IMG/VR virus record: IMGVR_UViG_3300043548_000792
Coordinates: 1 to 25,825 of that record
Source: a virus
Taxonomy: Duplodnaviria; Caudoviricetes
Length of the DNA: 25,825 nt
Direction: 5' to 3' (one strand)
The notes under the pieces are model-generated. The model had not been told where the DNA came from. It was given only the letters and a program-made list of their open reading frames with translations, and did not search any database. Below, in pieces: positions 1 through 7,929 of this stretch (position 1 is its first letter; each line of letters starts with the position of its first letter). Both the position numbers and the translations under genes were made by a program.

Positions 1-81
1 GCCCGCCCCGGCCCCCCCCCCCCTAAATTGTTGGCTTTTACCGCTTTAGACTTGGCCTCGCGCGCTCTTTAAAACGCTGGT

Positions 82-372
82 CTAAGCCGCCGCCTCACCC
101 ATGGCGATCGCCGCGCAGGCGAGGTCGTGATCCATCTGAAGGCCGAGGAAAAACCCTGGGGAAATCCCAAGCGCCTGCCCGAGCAAGATCGAAGTGCGGG
201 CGGTCACGGAGCGCTTGCCGCGCACGATCTCCGAGACGGTCATCGGGCCGCATCCCATCTTCTTCGCGAGCTCGCGAATCGTCAGGCCCATGGGAATAAG
301 AAACTCCTCGCGCAAGATGTCTCCTGGCGTGTTGGCGGCGGGTCCAAGCGGGATGGTGATTTTGGTTTTCAT
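82..372 (-). CDS. higA: HigA-family antitoxin / Xre-HTH protein
   Basis: TPGDILREEFLIPMGLT...LAKKMG...VSEIVRGKRSVT...LLGQALGISPGFFLGLQMDHDL closely follows the HigA addiction-module antidote pattern. Confidence 0.85.
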   Translation of the reverse strand: MKTKITIPLGPAANTPGDILREEFLIPMGLTIRELAKKMGCGPMTVSEIVRGKRSVTARTSILLGQALGISPGFFLGLQMDHDLACAAIAMGEAAA

Positions 373-399
373 TGCCTAAGCCGATGAGTGGCTTCCCCG

Positions 400-789
400 T
401 TATTTCGCAGATTTGCTTTTGTAGATCATCGCGGTGACCAAAGCCACTAGGCTGCCGAGAAAAACCCCAAAACCCGTCAATCCTTTGCCAAAATACACAA
501 GCGCGCCTCCTAGGAATATCCCCGTCATGCAAATGGAAAAGCCGGTCAGAAGCCCGGCTTTTTCCATCCACATGCGATGGCGCAAATCTTGGGATTCCAG
601 AACCAGGCGGTTGGTTTGCTCGGCTTGGGCCATTTCCAAGATGGTGCGAGCCGCTCCGGGGTAGATGTGGTCATACTCCGCCATGGCGGCAGGAGGCGGC
701 AGCGGTCCGCTCCAAGTGGCCTCAACCCGCCGCTCCTGCACGGCCAGAAAAGGCTGCTCAGGAAGCGAGGGACTCCGATCGCCTGGCAT
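400..789 (-). CDS. DUF2335-like predicted membrane protein
   Basis: WSGPLPPP..MAEYDHIYPGAARTILEMAQAEQTNR followed by two hydrophobic helices, the DUF2335 pattern. Confidence 0.75.
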   Translation of the reverse strand: MPGDRSPSLPEQPFLAVQERRVEATWSGPLPPPAAMAEYDHIYPGAARTILEMAQAEQTNRLVLESQDLRHRMWMEKAGLLTGFSICMTGIFLGGALVYFGKGLTGFGVFLGSLVALVTAMIYKSKSAK

Positions 790-1003
790 GAGACTCCAAT
801 CCGAGCTCAGGTTGCACAGCGGCTAACTCTTGCGGGTATTTTTGCAACCCCAAGGACAAGTCAGCCCCCACGGCGTGCCAATCGCGGGCGAGAGAGTCTT
901 TGATAGGCCGGGTTAAATACGAGGGCTTCGGCCCAGCCTGCACGGTCAGCACCGACCCCAAGCCAACCAGAAAAAAATGCACAGCGTTTTTTAATTTCGC
1001 CAT
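758..1003 (-). CDS. small hypothetical protein, probable partner of the DUF2335 gene
   Basis: 81-aa ORF with N-terminal FLVGLGSVL and a DSLARDWHAVGADL motif; overlaps the DUF2335 start. Confidence 0.6.
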   Translation of the reverse strand: MAKLKNAVHFFLVGLGSVLTVQAGPKPSYLTRPIKDSLARDWHAVGADLSLGLQKYPQELAAVQPELGLESHARRSESLAS

Positions 1004-1230
1004 GCGGGGAATGTGGTGGCAGGCATAGGCTCTGGCAAGCCGGGAGAAGGGATTTTTTTGGCTTTACTCGCACCAGTTTCTTTTAAGGGTGGGCTCAAGC
1101 GTTGTGAGGCCAGTTTAGCTGTAGCCCGTTGCAGCCTTCTTCCCGCTTTTTCTCCCTTAAGTAAATCGGCCACGCTCGAGTAGCTACGATCAGTGGGATA
1201 TGGAACTGTTTTTTTAAGAGAACTCTTCAT
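991..1230 (-). CDS. hypothetical basic protein (MKSSLKK..., 79 aa)
   Basis: 3' part of ORF 991..1482 from ATG 1230, avoiding overlap with int; AT-rich region; no recognisable motif. Confidence 0.35.
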   Translation of the reverse strand: MKSSLKKTVPYPTDRSYSSVADLLKGEKAGRRLQRATAKLASQRLSPPLKETGASKAKKIPSPGLPEPMPATTFPAWRN

Positions 1231-1309
1231 TTGAAAAACATAGGGAAAGTAAAAATCAACATGACGCTTTGAGACTCTAAATGACTTAGAAATTGTCAAC
1301 CATGCGAAA

Positions 1310-2338
1310 TCACAGCCCCCAGAACGCCTTCGCCTCTTTTTCCCGCACCGCCCGCGCGTATTTTTCCTCCACCATGCGCGGGGAAGAATGCCCAAGGAAG
1401 TAAGCCGTCTTAGCCGAATCCTGCCACATAGCCCGGTGCATCGAGGCCGCCGTGTGGCGCAGACAATTCTGTGGCCACTCATGCCACCCCATTGCGTGAG
1501 CCAGCTCCGTGCGGTGCCGCTTAATGTGGTCCTCGTCCAGACAATCCCATGTTTTCGGAAGGTGCCGCTTCAATGCCGGCAGGATCGGAACGAAGCGCGG
1601 CCGTGGCTCAGCAGCCGTGGACTTGGTTTGCGGCACGAAAATCTCAGCCTCCTCGATATGCTCCGGAAGCGCGCGCCCGACCTCCGAGATCCGCATCCCC
1701 CCAAAGACACCCAGCACCAGCCATGCACGCATCCGGTCATCCCCCGCCGTCAGCTCCAACAGCCTCCGCACCTGTGGCACCGTTAGCAAGTGGTGAACCG
1801 GAGCCGCCTGCGGCCGCTCCGCCCGTTGAACCGGCGAGCGATCCAGATGCTCGTAGCGCACCAGCCAGTTGAAAAACAGCCGGAGATAAACAAACCCCTG
1901 TTGCCGCGTCGTGCCCACCCACTCCTTGCGCGCCAGAAAAGCATCGATATCCCGAGGCGACACCGCTGCCAACGGCATCCGTCCCTGAGCCTCGACATAG
2001 TGGCCGATCCACCACTTCGTAAGCCGCGCATTGCTCCCGCGAAGTTTCGGCAGGCGGAGCATCTGAAACTCCCGCCACCCCTCCGCCACCGTCTTGCCAG
2101 ACCCGGCAAACGACTCCGTCCCCTTCGCCTCCAGTTGACGCAAAATCTGGTCGCGGTAAGCCACCGCCGCCGCAGGCTCATCAAAGAAAGCCCTCTTCCG
2201 CTTTCCATTTATTTTCGACCAAACGCAGAACTTTTCCACCCCTCGCACCATCGCCCGCTGAATCGAAGCGGTGTTTTTGTTGCTCCGCGTTGCTTGGCCT
2301 GTTGGCACTGTTGGCACGATGTTGGCTTTTTTAGGCAT
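1310..2338 (-). CDS. int: tyrosine recombinase (phage integrase)
   Basis: Catalytic set GMRISE (R), QTKS (K), NCLRH (HxxR variant), LGHS, EKYA (Y); adjacent to the tRNA-derived att core. Confidence 0.93.
   Translation of the reverse strand: MPKKANIVPTVPTGQATRSNKNTASIQRAMVRGVEKFCVWSKINGKRKRAFFDEPAAAVAYRDQILRQLEAKGTESFAGSGKTVAEGWREFQMLRLPKLRGSNARLTKWWIGHYVEAQGRMPLAAVSPRDIDAFLARKEWVGTTRQQGFVYLRLFFNWLVRYEHLDRSPVQRAERPQAAPVHHLLTVPQVRRLLELTAGDDRMRAWLVLGVFGGMRISEVGRALPEHIEEAEIFVPQTKSTAAEPRPRFVPILPALKRHLPKTWDCLDEDHIKRHRTELAHAMGWHEWPQNCLRHTAASMHRAMWQDSAKTAYFLGHSSPRMVEEKYARAVREKEAKAFWGL
2300..2327. repeat. putative integrase arm-type sites (left)
   Basis: TGTTGGCAC at 2300-2308 and 2309-2317, TGTTGGCT at 2320-2327; the same word recurs on the other side of the core. 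Confidence 0.6.
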
Positions 2339-2374
2339 TTAGAGCAATCAAGCGCAACCCAGAGAAACATCAAC

Positions 2375-2413
2375 AAAAAACCCGCAGAAGCACACTAGAA
2401 GCGCCTCTGCGGG
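2375..2413 (-). terminator. intrinsic terminator downstream of the att tRNA fragment
   Basis: Minus strand CCCGCAGAGGCGC-loop-GTGCTTCTGCGGG followed by TTTTTT. Confidence 0.75.
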
Positions 2414-2424
2414 CATTTAAGAAG

Positions 2425-2472
2425 GGAGCCGACGACGGGATTTGAACCCGTGACCTATCGATTACGAATCGA
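2425..2472 (-). mobile_element. attP core: 3' half of tRNA-Thr(CGT)
   Basis: Minus strand TCGA-TTCGTAA-TCGAT AGGTC ACGGG-TTCAAAT-CCCGT CGTCGGC TCC = anticodon arm (CGT), variable loop, T arm, 3' acceptor strand; D arm and 5' acceptor strand absent. Confidence 0.88.
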
Positions 2473-2489
2473 AAAACGGCATTTTGTAT

Positions 2490-2795
2490 TCAATGCTTTG
2501 CGCGGCTGTTGGCACGGCGTTGGCTCAACGGCCGGAAAATGGCCACCTCGCGGATGCCGTTGGAGCACTTGGCGCGGATCATTTTTTTCTCGAAAGATTT
2601 TTGCGTGGTCAGCGTTTTCATTTGAGAACTGACCGTTGCGAGCGATTGGCCTGATTCGGCGGCGATGCTGGCGATGGTCTTCCAGCCTGCGGCTTCGTAG
2701 GTGCCCAAGTTGTCTTCTTTCGTGCTGGCGTAGTATTTCGACCAAGCGGCGCTTAGATCGGGAGAAGCCAGGGGTTCCCTTTTTTTCGTTCGCAT
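2490..2795 (-). CDS. hypothetical protein, possible winged-HTH DNA-binding (101 aa)
   Basis: ATG 2795; GWKTIASIAAESGQSLATVSSQMKTL resembles a helix-turn-helix. Confidence 0.55.
   Translation of the reverse strand: MRTKKREPLASPDLSAAWSKYYASTKEDNLGTYEAAGWKTIASIAAESGQSLATVSSQMKTLTTQKSFEKKMIRAKCSNGIREVAIFRPLSQRRANSRAKH
2507..2526. repeat. putative integrase arm-type sites (right)
   Basis: TGTTGGCAC at 2507-2515 followed by CGTTGGCTC. Confidence 0.55.
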
Positions 2796-3484
2796 AGGTT
2801 TACGGTTAGAGCGGTGTCGCAGTAGTGGCCCCACGCAAAGCCTTGAGACCACGCTAGAGTGGCGCGGCGTTCGGCGGCGTAGGGCATGTCGAAGTTGGCG
2901 AGCATCCCGACGCAGTAGCCAGAGGCGCCGTCGATGTTGCGGGCGCGCTCCCAGCCGACGCGGTGGAGGTGCGCCATGACCACATTGCCGTAGGTCTCGG
3001 CGTGGTCGCGGATGGCCGATACATTAAACATCGAGCCGTGGACGAATTTCGTGCCGCCGAGCTCGACATAGTTGCGGATGCCGTAGGGGGTGAGCGGGGC
3101 GCGGAGGGCTTTGGCGGTCTCTTCGATTTTTTGGATCGTGAGGTTCGCGGCGTAAGCGAGAAGGGCGTTCGGGCTTTTGGAAAATTTCCAGAGGCGGGCT
3201 TCGTGGTTTCCGCAGAGTATTTGGTTTGGCTCGAGTTCGTGCAGGAATTCGATGCCGGCCATGAGGTCGCCCGCGACATCGGCGGCGTGGTCGGAGTCGT
3301 TGCTGTCGCGCACGGCTCCGGCGCGGAAGGCGGACAGGTCAATGAAGTCGCCTAGGTGCAGGGTGGTGTGGGGCTTCCAGGCTTGCTTGAATTTCAGCAC
3401 GGCGGCGCGGGCTTCGGGGTCGATCTCGGCGCCGTGGCTGCATCCGACGGCCATCCACTTTTTCCATTTCTTAATTGGCGTCAT
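2753..3484 (-). CDS. calcineurin-like metallophosphoesterase
   Basis: Motifs GCSHG, LGDFID, GNHE, FVHG, AHLH in canonical order; start ATG 3484 overlaps the upstream stop (ATGA). Confidence 0.8.
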   Translation of the reverse strand: MTPIKKWKKWMAVGCSHGAEIDPEARAAVLKFKQAWKPHTTLHLGDFIDLSAFRAGAVRDSNDSDHAADVAGDLMAGIEFLHELEPNQILCGNHEARLWKFSKSPNALLAYAANLTIQKIEETAKALRAPLTPYGIRNYVELGGTKFVHGSMFNVSAIRDHAETYGNVVMAHLHRVGWERARNIDGASGYCVGMLANFDMPYAAERRATLAWSQGFAWGHYCDTALTVNLCERKKGNPWLLPI

Positions 3485-3738
3485 GGGAGGTCGGGGATTT
3501 CGTTGTCTTTGCGGAGTTCCCACAAATAGGAACGGACTTTTTCGAGCGTGTCGGGGCAGGCTGTGCGGGTCCGGCCTTCTTCGTCGCGCCATTCGCGGAA
3601 TTCCCCTCCCCCGTATTTAAGGAAGGAGCGGATTTCGTTGAGGAGATCGTCAATAACTAGGATCGCGTCCATTCCTTTGACCGCCGCGATGTGTTCGGTG
3701 CGTTCTTCGGGCAGGGTGAATTCGAGCGTGGCTTTCAA
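3481..3738 (-). CDS. hypothetical phage protein
   Basis: 85 aa, MKATLEFTLPEE...; start and stop overlap both neighbours. Confidence 0.65.
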   Translation of the reverse strand: MKATLEFTLPEERTEHIAAVKGMDAILVIDDLLNEIRSFLKYGGGEFREWRDEEGRTRTACPDTLEKVRSYLWELRKDNEIPDLP

Positions 3739-3983
3739 GCGGTTTCCTCCTCGTCGTCTTCCTCTTCTTCTTCGAGCGGCCAGAGAATATCCTCAGCCTC
3801 GCGGGCGAGGTTTCGGGCGGCGTGGGAGTTGCCGAATTTGAAATCCATGTCGTAGGTGGTGCCGGCGTCTTCCCACGAGACGACGCACACGCCGACCTCG
3901 AAGTGCTCGGCGAGGATTTGGCGGACTTGGAGCATGACGGCCTCGCGGTCTTTCGGCGGGGAGGCTTTGGCTTTTCGGCTCAT
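3735..3983 (-). CDS. hypothetical protein with acidic C-terminus (82 aa)
   Basis: ATG 3983 overlaps the amidase stop; ends EEEEEDDEEETA. Confidence 0.65.
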   Translation of the reverse strand: MSRKAKASPPKDREAVMLQVRQILAEHFEVGVCVVSWEDAGTTYDMDFKFGNSHAARNLAREAEDILWPLEEEEEDDEEETA

Positions 3984-4570
3984 GCGGCGCGATTGAGGGC
4001 GGCGAGAAGGGCGGCGTGGGCGGCGGGGCTGCAATCGTCTTTGCGGCCGGGGGCGACATCGGCGTGGCGGATGATGTTTGAAAGTGAGATGTGGAATTCA
4101 TCCATGAGCGGCAGGAGGTATTCCACGGCGCTGAGGATGGCGTCGTCGCCGAGCGGGGTCTGGTAGGTGTCCCCTTCCCACGCGAGGCCGATGGCGAAGG
4201 TGTTGGCGTCTTTGCGGCCTTGCCACGAGGAGACTCCGGCGTGCCAGGTGCGCTGGCTGGGCAGGGCGAGCACGGTGCGCTTGCCGTTGCGGGCGATGAT
4301 ACAGTGATACGAGACTTTGCTGACGGGGTCCATGCACCACGAGACTGATCCCGCGTAAGCACCGGAGGTGTGGTGAAGGACGATGTGGGTGGGCTTGATG
4401 ACGCGGCCGGCCGAGACATTCGGCGTCTTGCGGTTGGTCTGCGGGTAGAATTTAGCGGGCGCTGGCGCTGGCTTTGTTTTCTTGGGCGGCTCGACTACGG
4501 CCTTGGGCACTGGCTCGGCGGGCGGTTGGGCCTTGGGGAGCATTCGGCGGAGGAAGTCGAAGATGTGCAT
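3980..4570 (-). CDS. endolysin, N-acetylmuramoyl-L-alanine amidase (Amidase_2/AmpD-like)
   Basis: IVLHHT, VSYHCII, TWHAG, IIRHADVAPGRKDD Zn-amidase motifs; start ATG 4570 (TAATG overlap). Confidence 0.88.
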   Translation of the reverse strand: MHIFDFLRRMLPKAQPPAEPVPKAVVEPPKKTKPAPAPAKFYPQTNRKTPNVSAGRVIKPTHIVLHHTSGAYAGSVSWCMDPVSKVSYHCIIARNGKRTVLALPSQRTWHAGVSSWQGRKDANTFAIGLAWEGDTYQTPLGDDAILSAVEYLLPLMDEFHISLSNIIRHADVAPGRKDDCSPAAHAALLAALNRAA

Positions 4571-4737
4571 TACTTGTCGCGGAGGGTGCGGGCAGGGATT
4601 TCGGGGAGCTGGTAGGTGAAGCGGCCGTAGTCGGTTTCGAGCGAGACGCCGAGGGTTTCGCACCCTGTGAGGAAGGCCATGGCGAGGCAAAGCCAGCCGA
4701 TCATGAGCAGCAGCGCCGCGACTTGCTTGGGCGTCAT
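4570..4737 (-). CDS. small lipoprotein, candidate spanin component (55 aa, not in ORF track)
   Basis: Translated by hand: MTPKQVAALLLMIGWLCLAMAFLTG-CETLGVSLETDYGRFTYQLPEIPARTLRDK; signal peptide with LTGC lipobox; coupled to both neighbours. Confidence 0.65.
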   Translation of the reverse strand: MTPKQVAALLLMIGWLCLAMAFLTGCETLGVSLETDYGRFTYQLPEIPARTLRDK

Positions 4738-4898
4738 TTCTCTTTTCGGAAAACTTCGATGAGGCCGATAACGGCAATCACGCCTGCGGTGATGGCGTTG
4801 ACGGCTTCGGGGTCGAGGTTGATTCCTGCGAGCCCGAGGAGGATGGCGACGCCGCGAATGGTGCTCGGTTGTTTGAGATTAGAGAGCAGTGCTTTCAT
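4734..4898 (-). CDS. putative holin (54 aa, not in ORF track)
   Basis: Translated by hand: MKALLSNLKQPSTIRGVAILLGLAGINLDPEAVNAITAGVIAVIGLIEVFRKEK; two short hydrophobic segments and a charged tail, next to the endolysin. Confidence 0.7.
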   Translation of the reverse strand: MKALLSNLKQPSTIRGVAILLGLAGINLDPEAVNAITAGVIAVIGLIEVFRKEK

Positions 4899-4911
4899 GC
4901 CCAAGCGGGCA

Positions 4912-4918
4912 TGTCAAA
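4912..4918 (-). promoter_or_regulatory. TTTGACA motif, 13 nt before holin ATG
   Basis: TTTGACA TGCCCGCTTGGGC ATG. Confidence 0.6.
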
Positions 4919-4921
4919 GGA

Positions 4922-5191
4922 TCACGGGCGGGCGGCGAGGATTTGCTCGATGCGCTTGGTGCGTTCGTCGATGCGGGCCAAGGTCTCGGCGCGGTCGGCG
5001 GCGACGCTTTCGATTTTTTGCAGGCGGGCTTCCTGCTTTTCGTTTTCGATCTCTACGCGGCTGACTTTTTCGGGAAGAATCCACCAGGCTTGCGAGATCG
5101 AGAAGACCGTGGCAACGAGCGCCAGCGCGGCAATTGCCTCGCTGACGCTCAGTCTGACGCCTGGGCGGTTTTTCACTTGCTCTAAGCTCAT
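4922..5191 (-). CDS. membrane-anchored coiled-coil protein (lysis accessory candidate, 89 aa)
   Basis: ATG 5191 (TAATG overlap); one TM helix then a heptad-like charged region ending LARIDERTKRIEQIL. Confidence 0.65.
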   Translation of the reverse strand: MSLEQVKNRPGVRLSVSEAIAALALVATVFSISQAWWILPEKVSRVEIENEKQEARLQKIESVAADRAETLARIDERTKRIEQILAARP

Positions 5192-6417
5192 TAGCTTTGG
5201 GATTGAGCTAAAAGAGTGCCCACAATTTGCGTCGTGGCACAATTTGCCAGGCGGTCGGTGTTGAGCGCCGAGACTTTGGTGAGTTCGCTGCTGAGCTCGG
5301 AGCGGACGGCCGAGGCCACGGTGGCGGCGCTTGGCGCGGTGGCTCCGCTCACTGGGGCATCGAGGCGGGCGAGTTCGACCGAGAGTTCGGTGCGGACGGC
5401 GCTGGCGTTTTGCGCGGCGGTGGGGGCTGCTGTCGGGGCGGTGTAGTCTGCCGAGGCGAGGCGGCTGCTGATGGTTTGGTCGATGCGCGAAAGCTCGGTG
5501 GTGAGTTCGCTGCGGACTGCTCCGGCGACTGTGGAGGCCGATGGGGCCGAGGTCGTGGGGATGCTGTCGAGTTTTCCGCCGGTGCGCTCGAGGTCGGAGC
5601 GGATCGCGGCGACGAGGGCGATTTCATCCACATTGCTGTTGCCGATCGCGCCGACGATGGCGTTGAGGACTTGCTGGCCGTCGCCTTCGTTGAGGATCGA
5701 GGACTCGACCGCTGTGGCGATCTCGGCGGCGGTTGGCGGAGTTGTCGGCGCGACATAATCCGCATCGGCGAGACGGCTCGAAATGCTGGCATCGATGCGG
5801 CCTAGCTCGGTGGCGAGTTCAGTGCGGATGTCTGCCACGGTGGGCGCTGGGGTTGGCGCTGTATAGTCTGCATCGGCCAAACGGCTTGAGATGGTGGCGT
5901 CGAGGTTGGCGAGCTTCGTGGAGTTCGCATCGAGTTCGGTGCGGATGTCCACGACGCTCGGCGCGGCGGTTGGGGCGGTATAATCAGCGGCCGCGAGGCG
6001 GGTGCTGATGGCTTGATCGATGCGGCCGGTGATTGTGCTGGTGAGGCCGACATCGGCGAGGGCGGTGTCGGCTTCGCTGTTGACCTGCGCGGCGGTAAGG
6101 GTCGAGCGGGTGGAGACGGCGGCATCGAGGTTTTCGACTCCGGCGCGGCCGAGGACCCAGAGGCTCGGGATGTGCTGCGCGTCCACGGTTGAGTCTGTCG
6201 TTTTGAATATCGCGGCATACTCGCCCTCGGCGCTGTTGTTGGTGGAAAGTGTGTAAGCGTAGAGACCGCCGCCAATGGCTGTGGCGCTGTCGCCGGTGAC
6301 GATTTGCGTTCCTGAGGGGTCGTAGATGTCGATGGTGACGGTGAGGCCGGTCTTGCCTTGTTTGCTGGCTGTGAAGAAAGCCAGGAACTTAACGGATGTG
6401 GATACTTGTTCGAGCAT
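5191..6417 (-). CDS. repeat-rich putative virion/tail fibre protein
   Basis: 408 aa with several imperfect [IL]D.[AT]IS[ST]RLA.ADY.AP..[AP]P....IR.EL repeats; lies in the tail module. Confidence 0.65.
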   Translation of the reverse strand: MLEQVSTSVKFLAFFTASKQGKTGLTVTIDIYDPSGTQIVTGDSATAIGGGLYAYTLSTNNSAEGEYAAIFKTTDSTVDAQHIPSLWVLGRAGVENLDAAVSTRSTLTAAQVNSEADTALADVGLTSTITGRIDQAISTRLAAADYTAPTAAPSVVDIRTELDANSTKLANLDATISSRLADADYTAPTPAPTVADIRTELATELGRIDASISSRLADADYVAPTTPPTAAEIATAVESSILNEGDGQQVLNAIVGAIGNSNVDEIALVAAIRSDLERTGGKLDSIPTTSAPSASTVAGAVRSELTTELSRIDQTISSRLASADYTAPTAAPTAAQNASAVRTELSVELARLDAPVSGATAPSAATVASAVRSELSSELTKVSALNTDRLANCATTQIVGTLLAQSQS

Positions 6418-6429
6418 GGTGGTGGGTTT

Positions 6430-6744
6430 TTAGATTTCTTCTGGTTGTGGGATGAGGGCGATGGCGTCGGCCATGGGGATGATGGCGACTTGCGGGAAAA
6501 GTTCGGCGGGGAGATGCGCGAATCCCTGTGCGTAGAGTCCGCCGGGGCCGGTCTCGGTGAGGAGGTCGGCGCAAAGCATGAGACGGCCATCGGTGAGCGG
6601 CACTGGCGCGGCGACATGCTTCGGATTGCCGTATTGCGCTTGGACTTCGCTGAGCGTGGCGGCCTGCTCGGGCGTGAGGATGATAGCGAGATCGCGGGCG
6701 GTCTCGTAGCTGATGGCCTGGGAAATGAGGTCGGCGAGTGTCAT
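6430..6744 (-). CDS. hypothetical protein, possible fibre assembly partner
   Basis: 104 aa coupled to the upstream gene; PVPLTDGRLMLCADLLTE motif. Confidence 0.65.
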   Translation of the reverse strand: MTLADLISQAISYETARDLAIILTPEQAATLSEVQAQYGNPKHVAAPVPLTDGRLMLCADLLTETGPGGLYAQGFAHLPAELFPQVAIIPMADAIALIPQPEEI

Positions 6745-7562
6745 GGGATGGCGGCGGCGAGGTCGGACATGAGTGTGCTGACGCGGTTGTCGAGGGCGGC
6801 TAAGTTAATATCCTCGCCGATGGAATAAAATGAGAGGCGCGAATTGCTATAGAATGTTGATCCGTTTGTTCTAAAAACATGAATATCTCCAGACAATGGC
6901 GTTACCGATGATCTTGTTACAGTTTGATTCCCTTGCTTTGCGCGGAAAATGTAATTAGAATTATTGTTTCGACTAAGACCTATCAGCCCAGTAGCATCTC
7001 CTTTGTTAGAAATATTATCAAAGTTTGTTCCAGATGCTGAGTTTCTGCTTCTCGATGTAATGTTTGCAGTAGCTGAGCTTCTTACAAAATAAGTCATTCC
7101 GTTTGTAGAGTTTCCCGCACCAATATAAGCTGGCCCACCATTTGATTGCGCAGTTGTCGCGTAAACGCACATATGCTGATTATCTTGCGGCTCAGCATTG
7201 TTATTGCGTCCTGTATTTAAATACTTTGATGATCCGTTTCCTAATAAACCATTAACACGATTGTAGTCGCCAGATACAAAATTGAAATTAGTGGGGGCTG
7301 TTCCTGCAAGTGGCTTTAAAGCACCGGATAGCGTGCGGGCCCCGGCGAGGATGCAGGAGGCTTTTATCGCGCTCCAGATGCCGTCGGATTTGCAGCCGAG
7401 GACGAATGATTCAACGGCGGTGATGACTCCATCTTCCAACTGTTGGCCGTCGGCGGATTCCACGGCGAGGATGTAGGCATTGGCGTCTGCGTCAGTAGAA
7501 ACTTGGCGGACTTTCGTCGGCACGCGCAGCGGGGAGAGTTGGCCGTAGAGGGGACTAAGCAT
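6741..7562 (-). CDS. putative tail-associated / receptor-binding protein
   Basis: 273 aa; GC-rich ends and an AT-rich, N/S/G-rich central region. Confidence 0.65.
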   Translation of the reverse strand: MLSPLYGQLSPLRVPTKVRQVSTDADANAYILAVESADGQQLEDGVITAVESFVLGCKSDGIWSAIKASCILAGARTLSGALKPLAGTAPTNFNFVSGDYNRVNGLLGNGSSKYLNTGRNNNAEPQDNQHMCVYATTAQSNGGPAYIGAGNSTNGMTYFVRSSATANITSRSRNSASGTNFDNISNKGDATGLIGLSRNNNSNYIFRAKQGNQTVTRSSVTPLSGDIHVFRTNGSTFYSNSRLSFYSIGEDINLAALDNRVSTLMSDLAAAIP

Positions 7563-7929
7563 AGGTCAGGGTGGCGCGGTCGTTCCACGAGCCGGTTGCC
7601 GAGGCTTCGGTGGAGGTGTTGCCGTCTTGGCTGAAAATGGTGCGGGAGATTTCCCATTGCTCGGCGTCGTAGATGGAGCCGGTGCCGGGGACATCGGAAT
7701 ACAGCAGGTATCCGAGATAAGTAGTGTCGCCGTCGGCATCGAAAATCCACACGCGGTCGGGAGCGTCTTTGGCTCCGGCGAGGCGATACACCTCCCCCGT
7801 GGAAGGGTTGCGGCTGTAGATTCGCCGGTCACTGTGGTTGACGCAAATCTCGCCGAGCGAAAGCTGAGAGGTCGTCGGAACTGCTCCGCTCTGGACCGAC
7901 TTTTTCGGGATGATTGTGGGATTTGGCAT
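7555..7929 (-). CDS. tail fibre adaptor-like protein
   Basis: N-terminus IIPKKS..SGAVP....L..GEI.VN resembles Mtd_N-type anchors; C-terminus paralogous to that of 9210..10589. Confidence 0.65.
   Translation of the reverse strand: MPNPTIIPKKSVQSGAVPTTSQLSLGEICVNHSDRRIYSRNPSTGEVYRLAGAKDAPDRVWIFDADGDTTYLGYLLYSDVPGTGSIYDAEQWEISRTIFSQDGNTSTEASATGSWNDRATLTYA

Noticed and set aside
1-23. C12 run and GC tract at the window start (G-quadruplex or genome end?)
   Set aside because: At the window edge with no context; could be a homopolymer or assembly artefact.
2425-2472. Functional tRNA-Thr gene
   Set aside because: D arm and 5' acceptor strand are missing; better explained as an att core.
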